Below are positions 1 through 12,680 of a DNA stretch of 64,000 bases, one piece after another. The translations under genes were made by a program, and so were the position numbers. Below the pieces are notes generated by a model, which saw nothing but the letters and a program-made list of their open reading frames with translations, searched no databases and was not told the DNA's origin. The stretch lies in the NCBI GenBank assembly GCA_024679065.1, contig JAGIQG010000011.1, positions 41,540,001 through 41,604,000 on the forward strand, in the 5' to 3' direction. Each line of letters starts with the position of its first letter. Position 1 is the first letter of the stretch. The stretch is from Sphyrna mokarran (lineage: Eukaryota).

Positions 1-525
1 ACATGAAAATTTGCATCACGATGCATCACATACTCCAAAATGTACCTAAGAACTTCTTCTATAGATCTGATTATTTTAACACTACTGTATATGGGCCACT
101 GTTTAAAGAGTATCTCTGTAATAAATTCAAATCGTACGTTCTAACGCGGTTGCTCATGGTATTGCTACATCTGATTTGCAATTGCTAAACAAATTATTTT
201 TTTTCCTGAATGTAATGGTTTTGTAAGAGGTGATGGCCTGGTGTACAGTACGCTTGCCCGAATAGCTGTAGCGTGTAAAATTACTGAAGATCTATTTCTA
301 AACAAAGTAAATAATTTGCCCTGCATTAGATAGGACAATTTCTTAGAAAATATTCTTGTTAACGTAAACTTGCTAATTCATACTTTCAAACAACCATAAC
401 ACTAAAATAGTCAAATCAGAATAGTAACAATATCCCAGAGTGGACAAACTGCAGGGTTCCAAGGTCCCCACTAAACCGTCACAGTATCAAAGGTGTCGGA
501 TCACGGTGGAATCCGTATCCCCCGC

Positions 526-2725
526 TCATGAGAAAGTGAGGTTAGTGGTCAGTTCTCGAATTCGGGTTTCTCTGTTCATTTTCTTCAGCTTCATCCTACG
601 ATTTTGAAACCAGATCTTGACTTGCCTGTCGGTCAGATTCACGCTCTTACTTATCTCTAGACGGCGCTCACGAGTCAGATACATATTAAATAAAAACTCT
701 TTCTCCAATTCCAGTGTTTGATATTTTGTATAAGGACACCTCTTCTTTCTTCCGCTCTTTGCTGTGAGCCAGTTGCTTACCGGGGTTTTCAGCTCTTCTA
801 TCAGAAGTAAGAAACGAGAGATGAGATTTTAGCAAATATGTCCCTACGACAACTGAACTTCAAATCAGTTTCAGCCAGAGTAGCTCTACGCAAAATTACC
901 CCTTCAAATTATACACAGACCGCAGCGATACGCTCTTTACATTTTATCAAATCGTCCAACAAAGATACACATAAACTGATGCGATTTAAAGAGAAAATCA
1001 GTGACTAGATCAAGGGAGCTAAAAATATGCTTTAGCAGATTGACAAATAATGTTACACCATATACCATTTATTGTAATGCACATTTTGAGACAGGTTTCT
1101 TGATGAATTATAAAATATATGCCAGGCCGATTTAAGATGCACTGAAAACAGACAATTTGTTAATATTGGATGAGTAGTAGGCAATACCATTACTTGTGAA
1201 TGGAATCTAACGCTACGGGTTGCAATAGGAGTTTCACCAATAGGTCGTTTTTCAACTTCATAGCCTAAATTTACAGATTGTGAAATTCTGACAATATAAA
1301 CGTATGTGGCCATGATAATAATTCCGGAGGTAAATCTTAAGCTATTAAACATACTACCGCTGCCTCTTATCGAGCAGGTTAATTGGAATTTATGTGCTAG
1401 TATGTACTATATGTGCCGGTAGTATTTCACATTCTTCGAATGAAACTTTTATTTCTGGGTAGAGTATATCTTATATGAGTATATCTTATATATCTAACAA
1501 ACTGTTCAAGGGAAAGTTACAATTCTTCTACAGACCAAGCCTTTCTCACTCACCATCTCCAAGACAACAAATGATGCAAATAACGCTTTTATTTCACAAT
1601 ATCCGAGCCTGTGCCGTGCTGCTAAATATATACGCAGTTGCTTTTAATATGCTGCATGTCGTGTATGGCACCAAACGTTTCATATTGTATCTTAGAGCTC
1701 GCCAACGCCAAGATGAAACTATTACTGTTATACTGACATCTGTAAATGATTTGCTAGTCTTTACTACGTCATTAACAATTTCATGGAATTGTTGGCCACA
1801 TTTTCCAACAACTCGTTGTAATAAAAGGAAATTGTCCTTTTATTCAAACTTATGCAGACTTGGCGATCAGGGGCACACAGAACTTGCCAAACATATTACC
1901 ATGGTAAAGTTACGTAGTGGCTATGCAAGTTTTTGCATCCGCTTTACGATGCTGCCATGTTCATATTAAATCTTTTAAATGCTCACCTTTAGTCTCATTG
2001 TCCGATTGTTCCGAGCTGGATTCGGCTTCCTCAGCGGTTGCACTGACCTCCACTAACCTCGGTTTTGGCTCTGGAGTTTCCACATATATTCCCTTAATGG
2101 GCTCCTGTGCGCTTGGCTTCTCGTTTATTTTCCTCTCCATTGAAGGCTGGCTTGATACCTGCAGTTTGCTGATAAGCCCTAGGCTCGACTGCGGCATTAC
2201 ATTGGCGCTAATTTCCCCAGCGTGATTGTAGTCCAGGCTTTTTTCCAATGGATAAGCCTGACAGAGTCTGAAATATCCCGGGATGGGAATCTCAGGACTT
2301 TCAATGGAACAGCTTTCCGAGGCCAACCTGGGATAGGCGGGAATTGCGGTAGGAGTGAGTTTTCCCCTTTTATCAGAATTATACATGCAGCAAGTGTTTT
2401 CTTCCTTTATGCTAGCAGGAAAGGAGCACGTGGGCATCTGTGGAGTAACAGGTTGTTCAATTCGGCATGGTCTCGAAGGGTCAGCCCAGCCATCCACCTG
2501 AGATAAATAAGGATGAACGCTGATGCTCATATTTTGATGGCTAACCTCTCCTCGTTTAGTCATGGTCGGGAGCAGTCCACAGGTCTGCATTCCGTAAGTT
2601 CCCATATCCGTGCTCGATGGCATGTACATGGAGCTGGTTGAATAGAACCCGTCACCCCTACAAGCACTAATCAGGGAATCTACTAAAAACGAGTTAGTGG
2701 CCGGAGAGCTGCTGGGACAGGACAT
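526..2725 (-). CDS. hoxd10: Homeobox protein Hox-D10, 2 exons: complement(join(526..797,1987..2725)), 336 aa
   Basis: N-terminus [23 protein letters not shown] is the group-10 signature. Donor AAAG|GTGAGC at 1987/1986 and acceptor TCTGATAG|AAGAG at 798/797 (phase 1) give ...[93 protein letters not shown]. The D assignment comes from synteny with Evx2/lnpk and the C-terminal tail. Confidence 0.97.
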
Positions 2726-2890
2726 TTTGGAGAGTAATTTGAAGAAGGCAGATGATGTCCTTTGTAAGCTGACATCTCTAACAAAACATTCCCTGTGTAA
2801 TTGTGGATGCCTCTGTACAAACGCATGACTACTGAGCCAATGGAATTTGAAAATGGCCTTGAAGCACTACCTCCCCGCACATCACATGAT
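2726..2890 (-). promoter_or_regulatory. HoxD10 5' leader and proximal promoter (uATGs, CCAAT box, E-box)
   Basis: Minus-strand ATGs at 2789 (ATG TTT TGT TAG) and 2775. GCCAAT at 2836-2841 and TCACATGA at 2882-2889. The TSS cannot be determined from sequence. Confidence 0.55.
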
Positions 2891-5800
2891 CCACAGTCGG
2901 TTGAATTTGAGCTTAACTGTGGACAACAGCGACACCTACAACTGCAATTCCAAAGTGGCGCCCGCTCCAGCTCATCCTGATCCCTATAGAGATGCCGGCT
3001 CAAAGCTTACAGCATATCCATACCACAGACCGTATCATCTTATCCCAGTTATCGTCAGAAAATAATTAGCATTCTGCTTGTAAAACACAAAATTCTGTTT
3101 GTTTGATAAAACACAAAATAAATGAATCGAATAGGAATTAAAGAAAATCACTGCCATTCCTGACCACAGGGAAGTAAAAACGGAGTTATTGAGGGAAAAT
3201 GTCGGCAAAATGAAATGAGTGTAGTGCAGGTTTATGGTCTGAATGTCTTTATAGTTTCAAGGAGTCCGGAGCAGCTGGGATATTTCATTGTGTACATTCT
3301 ACACATTATGCCTATTAATCTGCATAACTTGCTGGATTATGCATTTTATTTTGCTATAAGCCAAACATTTTGTAAAATCAACGAATGGCATGAAAATATT
3401 GCAGACTCATCAACATTCATTTGATACTTTCGTGCTGTTATTGTGTGGATGTACACTCTCTTTAACTGCAAGTATGCCAAAGTATTTTAATGCATAATAA
3501 AACCAATCTTTGTGAGTAAAATTGAACCGCCATAAGAGTGTTCAAATTAGAATAATTGTTGGCTCCCTCCCACTTTGTCCTTTCCATTACTGTAGTTGGA
3601 GTATAAACATACTGGTGTTGATAACACACACTACGATAATGTCGTTTTATGCGAATATTTGCACGGATACCCTCCGCGGTTCAGACCGTGTGTGAGAAAA
3701 AGACGCATTTTGCAATTCTTGCCATTATTTTGTGTTTCATTTTCATTTAATAACTATCGTTCGAGTTCAAAGTGGATTACCCTATCCAAAAATTCCACTT
3801 TTAACTTTGGAATTCTTACACATCTCCCTGCTGCAGGTGGGAGGCTTCGTTGTTGATCATCAATAGAACCACTCCACAAAATAGGCCGGAAATGCATCCG
3901 CACTCCATAGCCGATAAACAAGGGAAAAGACACAGAGCTAGTCTGTCTGTTTTCCACAGCAAAGCCCGCGCCGCTTCTTCACGGGATTCAGATGGGTTGG
4001 TGGATTTTTTTTGTGATGCCTCCATTCGCAGGCAATCTATGGAAGTTTCTACATGGAGAAAATGTGCCACTTAACAGCACTTGCCCATGTCCGATCACAG
4101 GGCGAACCCTCGAGGGTTCAACAAAATCCAAAGGACGACAGGCATCAGCGATGGAGGAGCAAAGTGACATTCACACAAAGGCATCGAGATTTTCCACTTC
4201 GCAAGACGGGGACAGTGTCAGGGTCAAGGCTGCCATGGTGTCCTCATTTTTTTATTTATTTGGAAATGTAATGATCATCTTCAGAGTGTTTTCGGATTGT
4301 GTGAATTTTAGTATTGTACTAAATGTCTAAAATTCTACAAATATTGAAAATATCGAATCATGAGAGCAGCTATAAATATTTGCGTGTAAATTATTAAGAA
4401 ATACAATTCTTTTCGCAGATAACTTGTTTATTATTATGTTTATTTTCGCATCTCTGTTTCTGATTTGATAGACTTTCTGGTCCAAATCTTTACAGTCTGC
4501 TCCAAGGCGTATCTGCCTTTTAATATTTGCATTTGATTCGTGCTTATAGTGATTCGAATCCAGAACATTACTTCAATGCTCTATAGCCTATCTCTGCCAG
4601 TCCGGTAAGAATGTGTTAGTCAGGTTTATATTTCTATAAAGTGTATCATAATCCTGTTCTTAACATCCAACCCCGATTCAGCAAAGGGCTTACAAAAGGC
4701 GCTGGAATTTGTTTATTAAGCTATGTCTTTTTGATGTGAAGTCACCTCTCCAAATCTTAAAACGTTCTGAAAGACGAGCAATATGACATGGCAAATAATG
4801 CACCCAATTGAGAACATCATACATTATTGATAAAATTCAAATTAATTTATTCGGTGTCTTGTCTAAATTAAAAATGGGAATAGATGTGCTTTAATGTAAA
4901 ACTAGTCTTCCAGGCAAGGGCAAAACTAACAGTTCAAAAACAAAAGATTGCTTTACTTGGGCACTTGGAAAATCATGGACGTATTTACGTGCAACATGAG
5001 TGAATATGTGCAAAATATAGAAATAAGATTGATGCCTCCTGACTTCTTTATTATTTCCTCCGTCAAATTTCCACAACAGCCGAAAAGCCCAATGCTTACA
5101 CCGCCTAACTCTGAGCGCAATTAATATCCTAGTAAAATAAAATACAAATCGCCACCGCTGTTTTACTAGTGACACTGGATACTATTCATTAAGCACACTA
5201 GGTAGCACGACTATATGTGGAAGTATATCTGGAATAATACGATACTTCAAGAATTTTTCCAAGCAACATACCGACCTCAGTGGTTTGTTTATAAGAAACA
5301 GTGAATTGTTGAACGGGAGCCAACAATATACTGCCAGCCTACAACGCTTCGCCATATTATAATCAATATTCAAATCCATGGCAAACAAAGCCAAAACGAC
5401 GATGACTTTTCTTGCGAGCGATTAGAAGTAAAGAAGCTAGCGGCTGTGACTTCGGTAGTAGGGCGAGATAAAAACCAATGCCGCTCTGTTTTTCAGACCA
5501 CAGATACTTGCAGCCTTGAACGAGAGAATTCTCTGCGACGTGAGGCCTGCACAGTACAAAACTCCTATTTATGTACAAATTGCTGTCCCAAAGTTAAATA
5601 ATTCTCAAAAGACGAAATGCCTCGATGTTGGAATAGGCAATGCTTAGCACAAACGTGTTTTTATTAAGAAGAATTTGTTTTTCACTCAACATGAGACAAT
5701 TCGTTGCTCAGTAGCCGTGACTTACGCCGCCATTTATTAGTCACAGTCAATGCGGTAGGATAAAGAAAACAGCATTAGTTACCGGAATATTGCAAAGGAA

Positions 5801-8800
5801 AACATTACCGCAGTGTACTGCAGTTTTTTTACACTTATGCATATATTTATTGGGTATAAGTTGCTATGTAGAAAATTTGTTACATTTAAAAAGCTACTTT
5901 AATATTTCTACCTACATTTATTACTTACTTACGAACTAGCATAGTGTTGATTGTATCGAGATGTTTATTAACAACACAATGATAGAGGGTTATCATATTA
6001 AGTTCACACTGTACCAATCGCATGCCAAGTAAACAAAACAATATAATTGCACGAAGCGGTCCTCCATGATGTATCATAAATGTTCCTTTCAGTGTACTCA
6101 AATAAAATTATAAGTCTGTAAACCTGTATCATAAGACCCCTAGTATGCCAAAAATACCCTCATAAAATATTACGACTGCAGACACACGAGAATTAACAGC
6201 TATGAAATCTTTGAACTATAAAGTGTCCTGGTATGCAGTGGGGAAGATTGCAATATCAAACACAGTTATCATGAGAGTACTCTCAACTCACGCAGAGCCT
6301 AGTTTAAGTAAAGGCAAGGTAATATTAATAGCAACTAGAAAGTGAACTGACTGATTCGTCTCCTAACGGTGCTTTAATGTTTAATAACCTAGTTATATGC
6401 TGTTTATGGGAGAAATGTTACACACAATCCTCCTTAAATTAGTTCTAATGATGGAGATTAATTAAAACCTCGTAATGCATTAAAGCGCCAACGTCGAATG
6501 TGATTTGCTGGAAGGATTTTATATCAGACAAGCTTCATTAATATTAGATTTAAACAGGAACATGAAGCAATAGTGTTGCATTTACATCGATTTGCAATGG
6601 AACAAGGAGGAACATTTCCGTTCCGTACACATGTACAAACATCACCAACAATCGATTGTCAAAACGAGACAGAATCTCGGAAGAAGTACCCTTGCCTCAA
6701 AAAAGGTGGAACAATTTTAAATCACTATAGTCACTACGAATGTTTGGATGGAATTGCTTATTCCTTTGTTTCTCCTGCAGTGTTGACCAAACAGATGGCT
6801 CCATGCTTTGATAAAGGCTCACATTTCTCCCTTTACACTTCCCACCGGCCTAAACTGGCATGGTCTTGTGACCATGAAAGCGTCAGCCACTTCTACCTTC
6901 ACTTTCACCTTGAATTTTTCTGACCGTTTTGACACGCTCAGAACTCGAAATTAAAGGAGTAAACACGAAGCGTGTGCCACTAATTTCACCATCTTGTTTG
7001 CAGTCCATCAGACAAATGTAGAAAAGATTAAATGTTCCATAAACGTCCGGTTAAAGTGCACGCGAAGCTTCCCGTTAGGCTAATTTTGTTTGCCGCCACA
7101 GTTGCCCATAGCAAAACGTTGGCTCTATTGTTAGTGCCTGTAGATACTTCGGAAATATGTGTGGTCGCTGGGTATTTGCAGTTAAATTGTGACCGTAAGC
7201 CCAATGATAATGTACAGGGCTTTTATTATACCTGATTACAAAACGATCAGCAACAGAGTTCAACATAATTTCACTCCTTGTCACATTAAACAAGTTTTGG
7301 TGGTATTTGCTGTCAGTAAATGTTTGTCAATAAACAATTGCCCCAGCTGAATATCAGCCTTTCCATATTTTAAATTATGCATTTCATAATGCTGTATTAT
7401 CATCTTATAAACAAGGAGACAGGAAAAATGTTTCCCTCCAAACTATTTTAAACTAAAATGATAAAAATTGAGCAAAATAAAAGTTCCTTACACAACACTC
7501 CACTAAATTGACAGAACCGAATGGAAGGTAATTGAAAATTATGAGCCAGCCAGCTTTGCTGCGAGAAAGAGAAAAACGCTCGGGCACTTTAACTCGTGTT
7601 CTAAAATCTTCATCAGCACAGTCAGAAAACTTAAAACACTGCCCCCCCATCCATTTAATACTCGAGCCATTAATGAGATTGGAGCGGATATTAGTGCCAA
7701 TTACAGCAATAGACCACTTTCACAATGTAAAATTATCTTGCATTTATCTTGCGTTTATTCCGTTTTACAGTAAGAAATTAAAGGATGTCTCTTCTTATAC
7801 GTTTAAATATTTCAAATTGCTCTTACTCTCGCAAAAGAGAGAGAAAAGTCTGCACGTTAAGTCGGTCCAGCGGGCTGTCTCGCTGATTTCATTTAAATGG
7901 CTCGCCGAATATGACCATCAAATATTCCTCGTTTCCACACTATGAGAGAGTGGGGTAGTCATTGATTTTCTTCGCCGAAGTCAATACTCCGGTTTTCAGC
8001 ATTCCCTTTTCACTTTTGCAAACGAGGGGAGGAATCCAAAACGCAACAGCAGTGTGAACGGCTTTCCTTTGTCCAGTAAGAGCAGAAACGAATACTGCAG
8101 TTAAACATGTCATTATCGAGGCGAATTGTATAGCCGGAAGTATTATTTGGCTGTCCAATACTATTCATTTCATAATCTTGTTAAGTTTGTATGGATTGCG
8201 GGGACACCTCATGGGGAAAACGTTATTAAGAAAGAGTTGTTTTAGATATTGTGCTGCCATGTAAGCCGCTACTGCTTCGCCAGGATGTGAACAGAACTCC
8301 TTAGGTCATTTCTCAACAGCGGCTGTTTGTTTTAACAATTTCCATCCTTTATTACATTGTTTCGCATAGTTTTCTTTTCAAATTCGCGGTAATGTGTTCC
8401 CTCAGTTTGCTCCATACTTTCAGAATGTTTTTTGGGGCTGTTACAAAAAATAGACCGGACCTGATTTGATCTTCGTATGTTAAAAAGAAACCTTTGTTTC
8501 GACCCCAATACTTTACAACTTCGTTCAATCTACACCCAACAAATCCGATCAACAAGTTTAAGACAATATATCGAGATAATCGAACTGTCCAACTCATGAA
8601 ATTGGAAGGTAGCTTTTACTCATTCTGTACTCATTACGCCGAAAATGAAACGCCTTAATTTTTAAAGAGTGCTAAAAACCGAATGAACCTGCAACTACAT
8701 TGAGCTGGCTTGTATTTAATTCCACACTTCAGCAATAATGTTCCAGATAAATGGCAGGAATAAGGAGAATTTTATCGTTCGGAATACTTATACTATTTTG

Positions 8801-9483
8801 GATTTTTTCATATTCATCTCTGAAATATATTATCATAGCATTGCAAGCTGTCGCTTAGTGCTACAATGCGCCGCCGTGTGGCTATTTGCAGAATTAACTA
8901 TCTCGGCAATGACTATCACTGTAAACTAGTCTCCCTGTTTTGACACTTTTTAATGAGCCTAATCAAATTATATATGTCATGGTCATTTAAGTAAGATATG
9001 CAAACAGTAAAGTCATACTTAGATCAGTATTGTATATTATAAGAATGCAGTGAATGTCCAGGTTTACATCGGAAATTCTATTGAGTCGTAAATTACGTTT
9101 TCTCTCATTTCCATGGAAACCGACATGCTCGTGGGCGATTGGTATAGTATTTGGACGCACGATGAACATTTTTGACTCGTTCGGTTTGCAAGAGAATAAG
9201 CTATAAGGAGATATAGTGCTCCTATCAGCTCAGCATGGGAGAACAAAGAAGCCTTCGTACTTATTAATGCAAAAATACTTCGGGTGTATTACTCAATGTA
9301 ACTTTTAGAAACGTACACACATTCAGTTAAAATAGAGATATGTTAAGGAAATAGCGTTTTCAGATTGCTTGTGGCCTTCAGCACACGCACTTTAACAACA
9401 AGTTATAGTTGTTGAAGTTTTTGTCTTAAGGAGGGAAGCTGCAAGAACAATCCAACAGCCACCAGGCGCCTATGCCTTCAAAA

Positions 9484-9526
9484 AGGTTAAAGGTGATGAC
9501 CTTGACATTATAGAAGTTCAAAGACA
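9484..9526. promoter_or_regulatory. Nuclear-receptor half-site cluster between HoxD11 and HoxD10
   Basis: AGGTTA-A-AGGTGA-TGACCT-TGACAT...AGTTCA-AAGACA; contains an exact TGACCTTGA (reverse TCAAGGTCA) at 9497-9505. Confidence 0.45.
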
Positions 9527-11117
9527 ACATTATAAGAATTCTCTTTTCAACATATACCCGAGCATGCTCACGAGGAGATGCGACGTTGTCAGTATCACCC
9601 TGGTCTTCATTAGGTTTAACAAATTTGATTGATGTAACTTATGTAAGATGTAGATTTTTTTCAAATGGTAAACTTTGTCAGCTGAAACGTCCTTGTGTTC
9701 GTATTCCTGTTAAAAATCTGCTTACTTTGATTTGTTTCGATTCTTTTGTTTGGTATGTGGTGCAGGAGCCTTCCTTAGTGACTAGAAGGTGTAATAAGTC
9801 GCCATTAGGCTGGTTAGAGCAGTGAACTTTACGATGTTGTCTAGACAGTTCAAGGTTTTGTAAACAGCAATGCTATGTCATGCGGCACGGAAACTAGGCA
9901 ATTCTTTTTCTTTCCTCGAAAAAAAATTAAACGTTTTGAGGACTCTTATTTACTATGTCACAGGGACACGGATTAGTTTCAAGTTATCATATGTTATTTA
10001 TACATGTAAGTAATTCCTTCTGTAAGAATTTCGTTTAATTTTGATTATACGCTGCCATTGCCCCCTTTCTCACCATGAAATGGAAAAAATATGTCAATTA
10101 ATTTCCAGATGTAAATATGTTTCCTCCAATTTTTTTTTCAAATTGCAATTAACTATCATGTTTATCGGCGAACAGCCAGGTCAAATTTCGGCTTTTCGTT
10201 TTTAAACAGAAACACTCGTGAGGACGCATTATACATGAGCCAGGCAGTAATCTGTAATATAAACAAAAAAAAAGGAACTGGAAGTATTCAGTCGATGAAA
10301 CACCATCTGTTATACTTCAGATTTCCAGTATCCGCATTACTTTGTACTTTGTGTAGTAAATAGCTATGTTTTGGGAGATTAACGATATTGGATCTTCCGA
10401 ATGAATTGGTGCCCTTAATCTGGTCTGCTTAGTATACTCAAATTCATTTAAAAAAGTTTATTTATAAGATTTCTTCGAAGACTTGTTTTCATTTGAGACA
10501 GAACACATACTAACACATGCATTTATCATGAAATGTCAACTAGTTTGTAATCTTTAAACAGAATTGTTAACATTGCAACAGGTTTAGACATTTCTAGCTA
10601 CGATATGTTAGAGTTAATGAATGAAATACATTGGAAAAACGTAAAATAATAAATATGCATTTCTTCTTTTCATGGGAATACATACACGTTCAACAAGAAT
10701 GGTTAGTTTGGCTATACAATGACTAAAACACAAATAGAAAATACTATATTATTTGATTGACCTATCGCTGTGAACGAAAGACTGCTCCATTCCAGCCCCC
10801 AATTACCCCGGTTTATTGTTAAAAATGAGCACGCTGTTTTTTTTATGTCGCGAATCAAACCTCTTCCGTTAGAATCGAATAACACAAATACTGAGGTAAG
10901 GATGTTCCCTAATTTACATTTCGGCCATGATTCCCGCACAACCGTGTCACCTTAAATTCGATTCTACGTCGATCGCATTAAGGGCCGTCTGCTTTCCAAA
11001 GAAGAACAACAAAACTATCCCTTCATACTTGCAAGTCACTCCATCTGTAAATAAATATCGACTAAGGCAATGGAGAGTTGGTCGGAGAGAATCCACCAGA
11101 GTTAAGATGTATCATAG

Positions 11118-12508
11118 TCACAGTAAAGGGTTGCCAGTAAAAAAGTGAAGGCGGTCTCTGCTAAGTTTCTTTTCTTTCATTCTTCGATTCTGGAACCAAA
11201 TTTTCACTTGTCGATCGGTGAGGTTTAACATTCTCGATAACTGCAAGCGCTTCTCTTTGTTTATGTAAACATTGAAGAAAAATTCTCGTTCAAGTTCCCG
11301 GATTTGATATTTGGTGTAAGGACATCTTTTCTTTCTGCATCGCAGAGCGGCTGATGGAAACACAATAAAACGTAAGGTTACAAAGTATCAAATAGCAACT
11401 GACGTGTTCTTAATTCCTTCTACATAAACTCGACAGCAAATGTTGTAAATAATGTTCGGCTTGCCCAATATATCCTGATAGGACTATTTACTAACTGATG
11501 ATTTTTTTAAAAAAAAATGAAAAAGCTTAAATTGGGTTTTCTTTTATGAAGCATTATTTTCCTTACACTCGCATTGAAATCAACAATCACAGGGAAAACT
11601 ATCATAATTAAAACTTTGCCTTGTTACCCTAGAGGAAACGCCTTGGCAATCAATAGAAAACAGAAAAAAACCCTCCGGTGAAATTGCAATGACTATTGAA
11701 ATCATTATATAAAGTGAAAATCGACTATTCGTGATTTTACATATTCAAAAAGCCCACCTAAACCGATTTCCCGTCGTAAACAACCTTTACAACTTTAAAA
11801 CAGATCTTATAGGGTATATAAAATCCTTCGTCTGCTTATAAAATTTCACATAAAATCTGTGAGGCAAAATGTGTTGGCCCTGTATTCTAACGCCGGGTTA
11901 CTAATTCACCTACTGGATAGGCTGCTTTTGTCGGCCACACCATTACCGGAGAACTCCACCGTGGTCTTTTCGGTCGCAGTTTCTTTTCCCTGCCGGGAAG
12001 AAACTTTCTCAGGTGCTGAGATACTCTGGCATGCCGACACAGACTTTTCGGGCAACTGTTCATAGTTAGCGGAGTCAGAAATCCCATAAGCCGTCTCAAA
12101 GAACTGATCGAAACCTTGAGGGAGGATTCCATTCCTGCCAACAGCAGTGTAGAAATTGCAAGATGGATTTGAACTTCCACGCTGGCTGTATACGGAATCG
12201 CTTTTAAACAGCATTCCCGCCCTGCTCGGTGGTTGCATGTAGTCTCTATGCATGATTTCTTCTGCCGTGCAATAAGGAGCATAGCTGCTCCTGTAATGCC
12301 ACTTAGCCGGACGCTCTAAAGCGTAATCTCGGAACGCCACTTCACGGACAGGTTGAACCTGGGTTAAATTGGAGGAATAAGGAAATGTCATTTGGCAGGA
12401 GGTGCTCTGCGGTAAAAATGTGGAGAAATCTGGGGCTGAAACATAGTACGTGCAGCTGGGCAGATACATACTGGAGCCGCAACTACCCAGGTCTTCAAAC
12501 TCTGTCAT
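11118..12508 (-). CDS. hoxd11: Homeobox protein Hox-D11, 2 exons: complement(join(11118..11350,11914..12508)), 275 aa (an in-frame upstream ATG at 12562 could add 18 aa)
   Basis: Group-11 motifs [24 protein letters not shown] and [18 protein letters not shown]. Donor TCCA|GTAGGT at 11914/11913 and acceptor TTTCCATCAG|CCGCT at 11351/11350 (phase 1). Homeodomain [57 protein letters not shown], ending FFTGNPLL*. Confidence 0.97.
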
Positions 12509-12624
12509 ATTTTGCTTTCGAAGTTGCGAGGCCGAATTATCAGGATTGATGATGTTAAACATGCTCCATCTATTCTACCCTAAAAGCGTATGAACAGGGC
12601 CGGCGGAGAAAAAAATTGGAAACG

Positions 12625-12680
12625 CAAGTTGACGTGCAATTCATCTTGATTGATTCTAAGGCTAAACGAGTCATGTGATC
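12625..12680 (-). promoter_or_regulatory. HoxD11 proximal promoter elements
   Basis: TGACGTG near 12630, PBX-type TGATTGAT at 12647-12654 and E-box GTCATGTGA at 12670-12678, all 120-170 nt upstream of the ATG. Confidence 0.45.

Noticed and set aside
1462-1491. 15-bp tandem duplication GAGTATATCTTATAT x2
   Set aside because: An ordinary slippage duplication in an intron.
1475-1969. 164-aa plus-strand ORF in the HoxD10 intron
   Set aside because: AT-rich, no recognisable domain and no splice or promoter support; likely a chance ORF.
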